DNA of 62,230 nt, the filler included, from Candidatus Delongbacteria bacterium (GTDB taxonomy: Bacteria; UBA4055), in the NCBI GenBank assembly GCA_016937995.1. It is 6 parts of 6 records of this genome, joined end to end, with 100 filler letters (N's around TTAATTAATTAA, not from the genome) between each part and the next. Parts side by side here need not be neighbours in the genome. Positions count along the whole stretch, not along the records: positions 1 to 25,004 come from JAFGVM010000067.1; positions 25,105 to 35,631 come from JAFGVM010000069.1; 4 more parts are not named here. One strand, given 5' to 3'. Below the pieces are notes generated by a model. It had not been told where the DNA came from and ran no database searches. It saw only the letters and a program-made list of their open reading frames with translations. A program made the position numbers and the translations under genes. Shown here piece by piece: positions 21,157-32,058 of the stretch (within the stretch, counting starts at the first letter, position 1; each line of letters begins with the position of its first letter).

Positions 21157-24100
21157 ATGAAGAAGATAATCATTTTGTTAGTTGTTATTTTTGCAACTGG
21201 TGTTTTTTCTGCTGAGTGGTATTCAAAAATTGAAAGACCTCAGTCAACAAGCAAAGATACTGTTTGGTATACTTACCCTATGGGTGGAGCTTGTATTTTA
21301 AATAATCCTGTGGAAAGAGCAACTTATTATAATATGGATGATTTCGGTATTGAATATCCTGTGTATCTTCATGCGGTCGATGCCAGTTTGATAGATGATG
21401 GGTATGAATATGTTTATAAAATTTATGCAAAAGATGGTGTGACAGTTCTTTGGGATTCAGGAAATCTAATATCACATGATGACCAGGTAAATGAAATATA
21501 TTTAGATACACCGATATTGTTCACAGATAACTTCTGGCTTTCTGTAACTCCTATTTCAGGAGGATTCCCCAGACAATTTGCTGCAGATTATCCTTTTCCA
21601 ACACACAGTTTTATAAGTGATGGTGAAGGAGGATGGATCGATCAGATCGAATATGTGAATGATGCAGAGAGTTATATCGAAAATTATTATTACATATTGG
21701 TTTCAACAAATGATGATCCTGAAATTGATGATATCTATTCACCTTCCTTAAGAAGCATCTCGGGGAACGAATGCTTTATGGATTGGGATATGGATCTGTC
21801 TATCATAATTCAGGATCAGAATCCTGTGATCTCTCCGATGCAATCACAATATTCACTTGACGGTGGTAGTACTTGGACTGATTTTGATATGACTGTTTCT
21901 AAGACAAATTATACTTTTACAGGTACAATTCCAGCTCAGGTTGACGGTACTCCGGGTTTCGTAAAATTCTACATGGAGGATTCGCTTGGAAATGCAGCAT
22001 GGTCAGAAGAAATTAATATTTCATGGTCAAAGGATATGCCTTTATTTGTTGAAGACTTTGAGAATGAAATTTTTCCACCAGAAGGATGGTCTTTAAATAC
22101 AACAGGTGCAGGATGGATAGAAGGTGATATAGCCAGTGGACATTATATTCATAATGGTAGAAGTTGTGCAACTCATATGGATGATAGTGGAATACAGGAT
22201 GACTGGCTGATCACACCTACGATTACAATTCCTGCTATGAATTCAGCTACTTTAACATATTGGCAGTGTACGTATTGGACTATGTATATGAACGGAATTC
22301 ACGAAGTTGGAGTCTCAACAGATGGTGGTACAACTTTCACAACTATATGGGTAGAAGACCCGGGTTATGTTGCAGGTACTTATGAGGATGGAGTTTATTA
22401 TTACAGAACTGCTGCTTTAGATGCTTTTGCCGGTCAGGATGTTAAGATTGGATTCCATTATACCGGAAATTATTCAGATCAGATTTATATTGATGATATA
22501 GAAGTATTTTATGACTATTCAGGACCTGTCATAGTAGATATAATCGGAAATCCAGCTTTGGATCCGGTTATTGGAGCATTTGTAAAGAACGATCTGGATA
22601 TTACAATGACCGTTAACGACGATACAGGGATTCAGTCTATAGTTGGTCATTATTCTTATGACAGTGGTACAACTTGGACAGATCTGCCATTCTCTCAAAC
22701 TAAAGGCGAAGAGAACTGGGTTGGAACTATTCCAGCTGAATCAGCTCCGATAAATGGTATAATTAACTTTGACCTCGTTGATCTTGGAGGTATTGTTTCA
22801 CCGACAACTTCGGATTATGATTTTGAATTTGTGCCCGACAACGATCCTGTAATACTTCATTATGTAAATGGGAATGAAGCATTTGTTAACACTGAAATGA
22901 ACCTGTTAATAAATTTTTATGATGAATCAGAAATTGATACTTGTTATGGCTCATACAGTAAAGATGATTGGGTTACTCAATATGACTTTCAAATGGCTCC
23001 TGCCAAAATACACGAATATACTTATGTTGGAATTATTCCTGCTGAAACTGAACCTGTATATGATGGTGAAGTTCGATTTACTATTGAAGATTCAGAAGGT
23101 AACAGTATGACTACAAGTAGCTATACTGCAAAATGGACAGATGGTAATACAGCATTTTGGGAAGATTTTGAATCCGGTGATTCAAAATGGACATTCACAG
23201 GTAACTGGGGAATAGTAGAGGAAGGAGAGTTTCATTCAAGTACTCATTCATTAACTGAAAGTCCGGGAGGAGATTATCTCTCTGATGAAATTACAACTGC
23301 AACTTTAGCAGTTCCTTTAGATCTTTCCTCATCTTTTGGTGCTGATATGTCATTTTGGTGTAAATATGAAATTGAAGCAGGATTTGACTATACGTATCTT
23401 GATGTTACTATAGATAACGGTGCCAGCTGGTCTACTTTAACATCCTGGGACGGTGAAGGTGTTGACTGGCACGAAGAGAATTTTAATTTGGATCCGTATA
23501 TCATGTACAGTGGATTCAATCTCAGATTCAGGTGGGTTAGCGATGGAGGATTGGAACTGAATGGTATGTACATAGACGATATAAAGATAGATTCATATAA
23601 TTCACCACAGCCGATTGGTCCTATCATAGATCATTCACCTTATGCACCGGTATTTTACGAAGGATCACAGAACTACCACAATTATGTGAATGCATTTGAC
23701 ATATCAGGTGTAGCTTCTGTTGAAGTGATTTACTCAATAGATAGTTTAGAGCAGAATAATATTTCTGCAACATATGTATCGGATAATCAATGGGAATTTG
23801 CATTTCCGGTTCAACAGCCGGGTAAGATAATAGATTATTCTTTCTGGGCTGTGGACAATGACGGATACGAAACTTATGATAACAATACTTACAGAATAGT
23901 AGCTGGAAGACAAAATATTTATGATTCAGGTATAGTCTCATATTATAATACAACAGAAAATGGAGATGCAAAAGCAGTAAAATTTTCACCATTGTATGGA
24001 GAAGTATTATCAACAATTTTAATACGTAATTATGCTGATCCAACCCATATCTCTAATGATATGACTGTTAGAGTATGGACAGATGACGGAGGTATGCCTG

Positions 24101-24696
24101 GGGTAGAAATAATGACTCCGTTCGATGTTACACCAACAGCAAATTCTCTTGAAAATACAAGAGCAATGACTTTGATCGACTTAAGAGAACATTATTATTT
24201 CTATTTGAATGAAAGTGATTATTGGGTAGGATTTTCATCAGACAATGGCATCGTTTACGCCACTCAGGAAGATGCTGCTGGAGAGGGTGTTACTGCATAC
24301 AATAGGTCTTTCGATGGTGTCAGTAATGGAGACGGTACTTGGTCATGGTCTCAAAATACAGGTACAAATTATCATTTTAGAGCAGTAACAGGATATACGA
24401 TAGGAATTGAAGAACAAAATGTACCAGTAACAACATCTCTCAAACAAAACTACCCGAATCCATTCAATCCAACTACAACAATAAACTTTTCTGTTGCTCA
24501 GGATAATTCAAAAGTAAAGCTAACTGTTTATAACGTTAACGGACAGTTGGTAAATACATTATTCAGCGGAGTAAAAAATATAGGAAAATACAATGTAGAA
24601 TTTGACGCATCTGCTCTGAACAGTGGAGTTTATTATTATTCACTTGAAGTAGATGGACTAAAGGAAGCTACGAAGAAGATGGTATTGATAAAGTAA
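21157..24696 (+). CDS. Secreted multidomain protein with cleaved-adhesin/MAM-like domains and a T9SS type A-like C-terminal sorting domain
   Basis: Signal peptide; EDFE..FPPEGW, DDWLITP, YIDDI; C-terminal QNYPNPFNPTT...SGVYYY...KKMVLIK. Confidence 0.85.
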   Translation: MKKIIILLVVIFATGVFSAEWYSKIERPQSTSKDTVWYTYPMGGACILNNPVERATYYNMDDFGIEYPVYLHAVDASLIDDGYEYVYKIYAKDGVTVLWDSGNLISHDDQVNEIYLDTPILFTDNFWLSVTPISGGFPRQFAADYPFPTHSFISDGEGGWIDQIEYVNDAESYIENYYYILVSTNDDPEIDDIYSPSLRSISGNECFMDWDMDLSIIIQDQNPVISPMQSQYSLDGGSTWTDFDMTVSKTNYTFTGTIPAQVDGTPGFVKFYMEDSLGNAAWSEEINISWSKDMPLFVEDFENEIFPPEGWSLNTTGAGWIEGDIASGHYIHNGRSCATHMDDSGIQDDWLITPTITIPAMNSATLTYWQCTYWTMYMNGIHEVGVSTDGGTTFTTIWVEDPGYVAGTYEDGVYYYRTAALDAFAGQDVKIGFHYTGNYSDQIYIDDIEVFYDYSGPVIVDIIGNPALDPVIGAFVKNDLDITMTVNDDTGIQSIVGHYSYDSGTTWTDLPFSQTKGEENWVGTIPAESAPINGIINFDLVDLGGIVSPTTSDYDFEFVPDNDPVILHYVNGNEAFVNTEMNLLINFYDESEIDTCYGSYSKDDWVTQYDFQMAPAKIHEYTYVGIIPAETEPVYDGEVRFTIEDSEGNSMTTSSYTAKWTDGNTAFWEDFESGDSKWTFTGNWGIVEEGEFHSSTHSLTESPGGDYLSDEITTATLAVPLDLSSSFGADMSFWCKYEIEAGFDYTYLDVTIDNGASWSTLTSWDGEGVDWHEENFNLDPYIMYSGFNLRFRWVSDGGLELNGMYIDDIKIDSYNSPQPIGPIIDHSPYAPVFYEGSQNYHNYVNAFDISGVASVEVIYSIDSLEQNNISATYVSDNQWEFAFPVQQPGKIIDYSFWAVDNDGYETYDNNTYRIVAGRQNIYDSGIVSYYNTTENGDAKAVKFSPLYGEVLSTILIRNYADPTHISNDMTVRVWTDDGGMPGVEIMTPFDVTPTANSLENTRAMTLIDLREHYYFYLNESDYWVGFSSDNGIVYATQEDAAGEGVTAYNRSFDGVSNGDGTWSWSQNTGTNYHFRAVTGYTIGIEEQNVPVTTSLKQNYPNPFNPTTTINFSVAQDNSKVKLTVYNVNGQLVNTLFSGVKNIGKYNVEFDASALNSGVYYYSLEVDGLKEATKKMVLIK

Positions 24697-24734
24697 AGAT
24701 TCTGAATTTACTTCAGGATGACAAAACAAACTAC

Positions 24735-24779
24735 AAGGAAGTCTATACTTCGAGAACCTCAGTATGACTTCCTTTTTTT
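24735..24779 (+). terminator. Terminator formed by a dispersed palindromic repeat
   Basis: AAGGAAGTC-TATACTTCGAGAACCTCAGTAT-GACTTCCTT plus T-run; reverse copy of the core at 35381-35420. Confidence 0.7.
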
Positions 24780-24870
24780 ATTTCTTTTCAATTTGCGAAT
24801 AAGTTTATTCAGAAGTATATTTTAACCTGTAAAAATAAATCATGATATTTAACTAAAATCTAGGTACAAT

Positions 24871-25004
24871 ATGCAAGTGAAAATAATAGTTTTAGCAGTT
24901 TATGCTCTTACGATCATCGGTCTTGGAATAATGGGAATGAGAAAGACAAAATCTTTCTCGGATTTCATGCTAGGTGGGGGAAAGGTAGGTCCATGGATGA
25001 GTGC
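24871..25004 (+). CDS. Sodium:solute symporter family protein, N-terminal fragment cut by the contig end
   Basis: TM helix then SDFMLGGGKVGPW motif. Confidence 0.75.
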
Positions 25005-25104
25005 NNNNNNNNNNNNNNNNNNNNNNNNNNNNNNNNNNNNNNNNNNNNTTAATTAATTAANNNNNNNNNNNNNNNNNNNNNNNNNNNNNNNNNNNNNNNN
25101 NNNN
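25005..25104. other. Artificial contig spacer
   Basis: N44-TTAATTAATTAA-N44. Confidence 0.99.
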
Positions 25105-25105
25105 G

Positions 25106-25291
25106 CGCAGAATTATCAAGAGACTTTTGAAGAAATACGATTATCCGCCTGATCAGACAAAAGGAGCGGTTGATACTGTGATAAAACAGGTCGAGCTGAT
25201 GTGCAAAGAGAATGACTCAGAAACACACAATATATTTAGATATAAAGAAACTCCTGTTAGCTATAAGCAGGTTGCGGAAGATGGGGAATAG
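25106..25291 (+). CDS. hsdR: C-terminal end of type I restriction enzyme subunit R (DUF3387 region), 5' part missing at the contig start
   Basis: Manual translation RRIIKRLLKKYDYPPDQTKGAVDTVIKQVELM...; KRLL.KY.YPPD is the characteristic HsdR tail. Confidence 0.8.
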   Translation, partial: RRIIKRLLKKYDYPPDQTKGAVDTVIKQVELMCKENDSETHNIFRYKETPVSYKQVAEDGE

Positions 25292-25369
25292 AAGTTTGAG
25301 TAAAAGTCAGGGCACTTGACCGGGGTAGGTTGGGTAAAAATAGGGTAAAGCCCAAATTGGGATTCGTAA

Positions 25370-25485
25370 TGACCACCCCGTCAGCTATAGCTGACACCTC
25401 TCCGCGAGAGGGGAATGAGACAGATTGCCACACACCGCAGGTGTTAGCAATGACACTTGAACAAGGCGGCTTTAGCCCCTTGTTA
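25370..25485. repeat. Mosaic of palindromic repeats
   Basis: Three units, each with a counterpart in 46114-46279. Confidence 0.7.
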
Positions 25486-25555
25486 GTTAAAGAGAGATAG
25501 TTTATGTGCGAAGATAACTGAGCATCAATATTTAATAAAAGTCTGTTTTAATACT

Positions 25556-26224
25556 TTACTTCCTTCCCAGCTCTACAAGTTCCATAATAACAGTTGATTT
25601 TATACCATCTGCTGATTCTTCTACAAGCATTGTAGCTACGTTATAAAACTTAACTTTCTTATTACCAAGATAAACTGAATGTGTTCCTTCCTGAGTATCT
25701 TTATCATTATAATACACTGCATCAACAGTGAAAGTACCTGCGGGAACGGTCACTTCCCGTGGTATATTCCACTTTTTATGATCAGTCTTATTAAGTTTCC
25801 CAAAAGTGTTATACGCAGCATCACCCGGTTTAGCTATCTTCAAAGGAATTTTCTCGGGACCATCGTAGAAAAATCCTGTTTTGATATTACCCTCTCTATC
25901 AGATACAAGATCGAACTCAATAGTATTGGCAAATATTGCAGCGACACCGGTTGTATGTGCAGTTTGTTTGATATTTACTCCGGATCTGTTAATATCTGTT
26001 ATCTGGACAGTGACTGTTGTTTCACCGGCCATCTTTTTAGATTGCTCATCCTCAGCATCTATTTTTGATCGGTAGACAGCATAATCACCGACTCTAATAT
26101 TGTCATGTAGCATTATCTTATTGGAGATAGGAGTATTTTTCATCGTACTTTGAAGCATCATGTTCATGCAGGAAGTTAACACAAGTGTTAAGGTCATTAT
26201 TAACAAAAGTATTGTTTTCTTCAT
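25556..26224 (-). CDS. Hypothetical lipoprotein
   Basis: Lipobox LTSC; VTVPAGTF motif. Confidence 0.7.
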   Translation of the reverse strand: MKKTILLLIMTLTLVLTSCMNMMLQSTMKNTPISNKIMLHDNIRVGDYAVYRSKIDAEDEQSKKMAGETTVTVQITDINRSGVNIKQTAHTTGVAAIFANTIEFDLVSDREGNIKTGFFYDGPEKIPLKIAKPGDAAYNTFGKLNKTDHKKWNIPREVTVPAGTFTVDAVYYNDKDTQEGTHSVYLGNKKVKFYNVATMLVEESADGIKSTVIMELVELGRK

Positions 26225-26311
26225 GGGTTCTCCTGATGTTGATTTTTTCGTTGTTGATCACAGATTCCTAAATTTACACATATTCTGAAGCAATAAAATT
26301 ACTTAATAATA

Positions 26312-29300
26312 TTATTTGAGATTTTTTAATGCTTTATACTTTGTCTTGTACTCTATATCCGGAGTATTCTTTGATAGTTCAGAATAAATGTCAATTGCAG
26401 TATTTTTAAAACTATCGTATTTCATCTTAAGCTCTTTCAGCATAACTGCGATCTCATAATTTAAGTAACCCATCTCAATTGTTCTCTTTTCATTCTTCAA
26501 TAGTTTTTTCAATTCATTAACTGCTACTATTTTTTGTTCTCTCGATGCAGCTAGTATAAAGGCTATTTTCTGCTTGGTAAAAAATACTTTTGAAGTTATA
26601 CTGTTCTCAGCTTTAGTGTTTTTTATGATCCTGATAGATTTGTCAATACTTTTCTCAGCATTTTTTAAATCTCCAAGCTCTAAATAACTTTCTGATTTTG
26701 ATAATAAAAATGTGAATAATGATTGAATGATCCCATGCTCTTCCGCAATTTTTATACCCATATCATAATATTCTATTGCTTTATGATAATCTTTCAACCC
26801 ATGATGTGCTTTACCTATATTTCTGTAAATAATACTCATACCTCTTTTATCACCTAATTCTTCAGTAGTTTTAAGATCAATAGCATAATACTTCATAGCT
26901 TTCTTATAGAACCCCTGTTTATGATATATCCCGCCGATATTTGAACTTGCGATCCCTGCACTTCGCTTGTCACCCATATCAAGAGATAAATTCATTGATA
27001 CTTTAAAATGATCTCTTGCTTTATCAAAATCTCCATTCCTCCAATGCAGAACACCGATATTGTTCACGATGTTATTCTTCAACTTTATGAATCCGGTCTC
27101 ATTTGAAATAGCAGAGGCTTTTTGATAGCAGTCCATTGCTTTGGTATAGTCACCCTTTTCCTCATAGATCACACCAATATTACAAATAGCAACAGCTTCT
27201 CCGAATTTTGTTCCTGTCTTTTTTGCGTTTTCCATAAGAAATTCATAGCATTTAAATGCTTCTTCTGACTTTCCGGTATCTGAATAGATAAGCCCAATAT
27301 TTCCCATTGCTTCATTAATTCCTTCAAGGTCATTTAATTTTTTTGAGATCTTAAGCTGTTTTTGAGAGTACTTCATTGAAGTTTCATAATCACTTTTAAA
27401 ATAGTGAACTATAGCGATCTCGTTCAATATTCTTGCGACCCCGATCTGATCTGAAAGTTTTGTGTATATCTTCAGAGAATTATTAAAATTTTCCATTGCC
27501 AGTTCATAATTGCCTGTTGATTTATAAATTGCTCCCAGTTGTGAATGAGCTTTTGCCAGATATTTTTTATCTTTAACATTTTTAGCATACTTGACATGTT
27601 CCTTTAATAAATCTGAGCAAGTTGACCAGTCTCCTATAGAATCCAGTATTTTACATTTCTTCAGTGAGATATCGATATATTTGTGAGCAGGTAATGTTTT
27701 TCCGCCAATTTCAATTATTTTATCATAGAAATTTATTGCTTCTTCATTGTTATAAGTTCTTATTGAATAATCAGCAGCTTTCTCAAGATAGAACAATGTT
27801 TCTTTCTTGATACCGGATTTATAGTAGTGATATGCTATATCGTTATAATATTCGTCAATATTGTTCTTAAATATTTTGATATAATTCTCAGCTGCCAGTT
27901 TGTGTAGTTTTTTCAATCTTGATCTTAACTGCATATCATAGGCTGAATCTCTCATCAGAGCGTGTTTAAATATATAATTTATATTTGACAGAGGTGTCCA
28001 GATATTCTCATTTTCAACAAGTTCAATATTCGTAGTATCAATTTTATTCTGTTTAAGTATCCCTGAAAGAACTCTTATTAAAAATTCTCTTCCCAGTATC
28101 GAAGCTGTTTGGACAATATTTTTAACTTCTTCCGTCAGTCTGTCAAGTCTTGAAATAACAACTGCCTGAATATTTGATGGAATATCCTCTATATCATGGC
28201 TGCTGACAAATAATTCTTTTTTATTATCAGTTCTGATCAGACCCTTGTCTTTCAGGTCAAGCAGTAACTGTTCAACAAAAAATGGATTTCCGTTAGTTTT
28301 ATTATAGATGAAATCAAGGAATTTTTTTGACAGACTATTTTTTGATCGGATAATATCATTTGCATAGCCAGAGATGCTTTCTTTTCTCAGGAAATTAAGA
28401 TCGATGATATTCTTCTTTATCGCAGGATCTACTTCAAGATAAATAAATTCACCTTTGTCATTATATCTTGACGTGCATATTATTGCTATCGGAAGATCTT
28501 CGATATTCCTGGTAAGTACATCTATCAGTTTCATACTGTCATTATCGATCAAATGAGAATCATCTATCTGGATTATGACCGGTCTAATATAACTTTCTGC
28601 TTTGATCAGATCTTTGAAGGAAAATAAAAAATTTTCAAATCTGTCTTTGGAATCGAGATTTGCAAATAAAGAGTTCTTCCATTCAATACCTAAGAATCCT
28701 CCGATTATTGACTTGAAATTGTTTAAATTTGTTATTAGATCTTTGACCCTGCTGCTCTTGTGTTTCCGCAGATCTTGAATAAGTTCGGTATACTTATCAT
28801 CAAAATTTTTCTTATTCACCTGTTTACTGCTTTCATCGAGAATATTGAAATACTTTTTTAAGAAATATATCACAGGATTAAAACTTTTTCTCAGAATCTC
28901 TTCGCAGGGTAGGTAGAACCAGTTCATACTGCCACTATCCAAAGAATTCTTAAATTCATATACCAGTCTGGATTTCCCGATCCCGGCTTCTCCAAAAACA
29001 TAGGTAATACCAGAAAACTTATTTTTAAAAACAGGGGCGATATATTTCTTTAGATCTTTTAATTCAGAATCCCTTCCATGCATTTTGCCTTCGTACAACG
29101 AAATCTTTTTGGAAGATAATTTTCCTGTGACCTTATAAACCGTTGTTTTACTGCTTTTACCTTTGAACAACACATCACCGACCTTCTCAGTAGAAAAATT
29201 ATTTTTAATTTTCTGATAAACGGTTGAAGTAATATGAACATTGTTCCATTCAGCTGACATTACCAATCTTGAAGAAAGATTCACAATATCACCAATAGCA

Positions 29301-30316
29301 GTATATTCACATCTCTCTTTCCCACCCATTATACCGGCATAAACTGTTCCGTATGTCAATGATATCCTGCAGTTGATATTTTTATTTAATTTTCTGATAT
29401 GTTCAATAAAATCCATTGCTCTTTCAATATTATTTTCATTGGATATAGGTGCCCCGAATATTATAAGTGCTACACCACCTTTATCTCCAAAGTCGATCTT
29501 ATTAAAATATCCACCGTAATCATAGGAATGATCAATTAATGATGTAACAAGATCATTCAATTTTTTAGCTGACCTTGGTTCTTCGAAAGAAACGAACATA
29601 CATGCAACATTTCTAAATTCAGCTTTCTTTTTGAAGTTTATAACTGCATCCAGAACAAACGGTGTCAGATCTTTTTTTTGAAGTTCTATATATTTCTTTT
29701 TCTTGGAAATTTTATCTGAATATGAAGAAGAAGAATTTAATTTTATCTCAAAGAAATCATTATTTATTCTTTTTAGATCATTTTTCGGGATATTTAACTT
29801 AGTTTGTAAACGTTTATCAATTACTATCTCTCCTTTATCAGCATACTGCTCAGAAAAGGCACATCCATCAATAGCCTCTCCTCTAAAAAAATATGTGTGC
29901 TTCCCGTGTTTTCCCAGAATACCCCAATTTACTTTTCCATAAGACAGACCTATCTTAACCCCGATCTCAAATTTACCGTATTTTGTATCAATAATGATTT
30001 TATCAAAGAATTTTTTTATATAGGAAGCTGATCTGAATACTGCTTTTTCATTTCCGCGGAAGATAGTTGTAAATGCATCTCCGGCAAAAGTAGAAATTAT
30101 TCCTTTATTTGAATAAATGTTTGATATAATAGGTTCAAATATGTTGTTAATAGCTTCAGTTAAAACTTCAGCACCGTCCTTCTTATGATGCATAAGTGTC
30201 TCGGTAAGATTAGTAAATCCCGAAATATCTATGAACATTGTATATGCTTTAAAATGGCCTTTCAGCATACCTTTACTATATTTATTTGAAATAAAATCAG
30301 GAATTAAGTTATTCAT
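26312..30316 (-). CDS. Class III adenylate/guanylate cyclase (two cyclase domains) + STAND-type AAA ATPase + TPR array
   Basis: FIDISGFT and FAGDA in domain 1; GDKG and GDIVNLSSRL in domain 2; GEAGIGKS P-loop; GNPFF; C-terminal TPRs. Confidence 0.9.
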   Translation of the reverse strand: MNNLIPDFISNKYSKGMLKGHFKAYTMFIDISGFTNLTETLMHHKKDGAEVLTEAINNIFEPIISNIYSNKGIISTFAGDAFTTIFRGNEKAVFRSASYIKKFFDKIIIDTKYGKFEIGVKIGLSYGKVNWGILGKHGKHTYFFRGEAIDGCAFSEQYADKGEIVIDKRLQTKLNIPKNDLKRINNDFFEIKLNSSSSYSDKISKKKKYIELQKKDLTPFVLDAVINFKKKAEFRNVACMFVSFEEPRSAKKLNDLVTSLIDHSYDYGGYFNKIDFGDKGGVALIIFGAPISNENNIERAMDFIEHIRKLNKNINCRISLTYGTVYAGIMGGKERCEYTAIGDIVNLSSRLVMSAEWNNVHITSTVYQKIKNNFSTEKVGDVLFKGKSSKTTVYKVTGKLSSKKISLYEGKMHGRDSELKDLKKYIAPVFKNKFSGITYVFGEAGIGKSRLVYEFKNSLDSGSMNWFYLPCEEILRKSFNPVIYFLKKYFNILDESSKQVNKKNFDDKYTELIQDLRKHKSSRVKDLITNLNNFKSIIGGFLGIEWKNSLFANLDSKDRFENFLFSFKDLIKAESYIRPVIIQIDDSHLIDNDSMKLIDVLTRNIEDLPIAIICTSRYNDKGEFIYLEVDPAIKKNIIDLNFLRKESISGYANDIIRSKNSLSKKFLDFIYNKTNGNPFFVEQLLLDLKDKGLIRTDNKKELFVSSHDIEDIPSNIQAVVISRLDRLTEEVKNIVQTASILGREFLIRVLSGILKQNKIDTTNIELVENENIWTPLSNINYIFKHALMRDSAYDMQLRSRLKKLHKLAAENYIKIFKNNIDEYYNDIAYHYYKSGIKKETLFYLEKAADYSIRTYNNEEAINFYDKIIEIGGKTLPAHKYIDISLKKCKILDSIGDWSTCSDLLKEHVKYAKNVKDKKYLAKAHSQLGAIYKSTGNYELAMENFNNSLKIYTKLSDQIGVARILNEIAIVHYFKSDYETSMKYSQKQLKISKKLNDLEGINEAMGNIGLIYSDTGKSEEAFKCYEFLMENAKKTGTKFGEAVAICNIGVIYEEKGDYTKAMDCYQKASAISNETGFIKLKNNIVNNIGVLHWRNGDFDKARDHFKVSMNLSLDMGDKRSAGIASSNIGGIYHKQGFYKKAMKYYAIDLKTTEELGDKRGMSIIYRNIGKAHHGLKDYHKAIEYYDMGIKIAEEHGIIQSLFTFLLSKSESYLELGDLKNAEKSIDKSIRIIKNTKAENSITSKVFFTKQKIAFILAASREQKIVAVNELKKLLKNEKRTIEMGYLNYEIAVMLKELKMKYDSFKNTAIDIYSELSKNTPDIEYKTKYKALKNLK

Positions 30317-30515
30317 TTAATGCACTCCCTTTAGAACTTTGAAAGTTATTGTGATCTATTATGATATAATTTAATGGTATTTCCTCAAAAATCAACGATT
30401 TAATAAATTATATGGCTACACACTTATTAAATAAGAACAATAAATATTGCATTAGAGAGTATAAGTTGTTATCTTGCTACTGTATAACAAACTATAGTGT
30501 AAAATGGAATAGCTG

Positions 30516-30917
30516 ATGACCAAAAAAAATATCGAAAAAACGTATAAAGTCTGGGAGAAAGAATTTAAAAAAGGGTTTTCATCATACATAATACTGAAGT
30601 TATTGAACGATAAAGATATGTACGGATATGAGATCAAAGCTAAATTAGACGAGATACTTGTATCAGATGTGCAGTTTCAGGAAAGCGGGATCTATCAGAA
30701 TTTAAAAAAATTAAAAAGTAAAAAATTTGTTACTTCCGAGATACGTAAATCAGAAGTGGGACCAAAAAGGAAGTATTACATAATAACAAAATCAGGTATA
30801 GAACTTTTGAAGACTTTTACGGATCATTTTATTTATCCTGTTAGTAAATCGATCGTAGAAATGATAGAGAGTGAGAAAAAGAAAGGAGATTTAAGTGAAA
30901 CCGCTAATAATAGGTGA
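30516..30917 (+). CDS. PadR family transcriptional regulator
   Basis: MYGYEI, SGIYQNL, GPKRKYYIITKSG motifs. Confidence 0.9.
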   Translation: MTKKNIEKTYKVWEKEFKKGFSSYIILKLLNDKDMYGYEIKAKLDEILVSDVQFQESGIYQNLKKLKSKKFVTSEIRKSEVGPKRKYYIITKSGIELLKTFTDHFIYPVSKSIVEMIESEKKKGDLSETANNR

Positions 30918-31986
30918 TCTAAAAATAGAAGTACCAATAATTCAGGGAGGAATGGGAGTAGGTATTTCTCTATCAGGATTAGCAACAGCAGTAGCGAACG
31001 AAGGTGGAGTGGGTGTGATAGCATCGGTCGGAGTAGGTTTGCTGGAGGATGATTTTAAGGATAACTATCAGATAGCTAATCAGAGGGCTCTCAGAAATGA
31101 GATCAGGAAAGCTAAAGCGAATACAAAAGGTGCCATAGGTCTTAATGTTATGATGGCATTGACTGATTTTAAAGATATTTTGAATATTGCAATTGATGAG
31201 AAAATTGATATTCTTTTTCTGGGAGCAGGTCTTCCGATCGATATTCCTAATATTGTAGGTGTTGAAAGGTTTAAAGAGTCGAATGTCAAAGTTGTACCTA
31301 TTGTGTCTTCAGGTATAGCTGCAAAGATCATTCTTCGTAAATGGGACAGGAATTTTGGTTTTATACCTGATGCCTTTCTTGTTGAAGGTCCTTTGGCAGG
31401 AGGTCATCTTGGTTACAAAAAGGAAGACCTTGGATTAGAAAGTAATAAACTTGAAAATCTTGTACCTAAAGTTATTGCAGAGATAAGACCATTCGAAGAA
31501 AAATACAATAAAGAGATCCCGGTTATTGCTGCCGGTGGAATTTACTCAGGTAAAGATATTTACGATATTTTCAAATTAGGTGCAAAAGGTGTTCAACTAG
31601 GTACCAGATTTGTGGCAACAACTGAGTGTGATGCCACTGACGAATTCAAGAAAGCTTATGTAGATTGTAAAGAAGAAGATATTGTTATCATTCAAAGTCC
31701 TGTAGGTTTACCCGGCAGAGCTATCAATAATGATTTTCTTAAACATGTTCACGATCCGGACAGACCAAGAGACAGATGTCCGTGGGTGTGTCTGAGTAGC
31801 TGTAATATTGAGAAAGCGCATTATTGTATCGGTATGGCTCTTGCTAATGCTAAGAAAGGAGATCTTGAACATGGTTATGCTTTCGCTGGTGCAAATGCTT
31901 ATAGAATTGATAAGATCATTTCAGTGAAAGAGTTGATGACTGAACTTGTTGAAGGATTTAAAGAAGCAGAGAAAGAAGATAAATAA
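30895..31986 (+). CDS. Nitronate monooxygenase / FabK-like flavoprotein
   Basis: PIIQGGMG, EGPLAGGH, AAGGI, GVQLGTRF; Cys-containing insert. Confidence 0.9.
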   Translation: MKPLIIGDLKIEVPIIQGGMGVGISLSGLATAVANEGGVGVIASVGVGLLEDDFKDNYQIANQRALRNEIRKAKANTKGAIGLNVMMALTDFKDILNIAIDEKIDILFLGAGLPIDIPNIVGVERFKESNVKVVPIVSSGIAAKIILRKWDRNFGFIPDAFLVEGPLAGGHLGYKKEDLGLESNKLENLVPKVIAEIRPFEEKYNKEIPVIAAGGIYSGKDIYDIFKLGAKGVQLGTRFVATTECDATDEFKKAYVDCKEEDIVIIQSPVGLPGRAINNDFLKHVHDPDRPRDRCPWVCLSSCNIEKAHYCIGMALANAKKGDLEHGYAFAGANAYRIDKIISVKELMTELVEGFKEAEKEDK

Positions 31987-32032
31987 AATATTCCATAATG
32001 GGTAACCTCCCATGGTTACCCTCATTCGTTTC

Positions 32033-32058
32033 AAAAGCCCGATCAGTCGGGCTTTTTT
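32033..32058 (+). terminator. Rho-independent (probably bidirectional) terminator
   Basis: AAAAGCCCGA-TCAG-TCGGGCTTTTTT. Confidence 0.8.

Noticed and set aside
25005-25104. TTAATTAATTAA palindrome repeated five times within N runs
   Set aside because: Artificial six-frame-stop contig linker of constant 100-bp length; not biological
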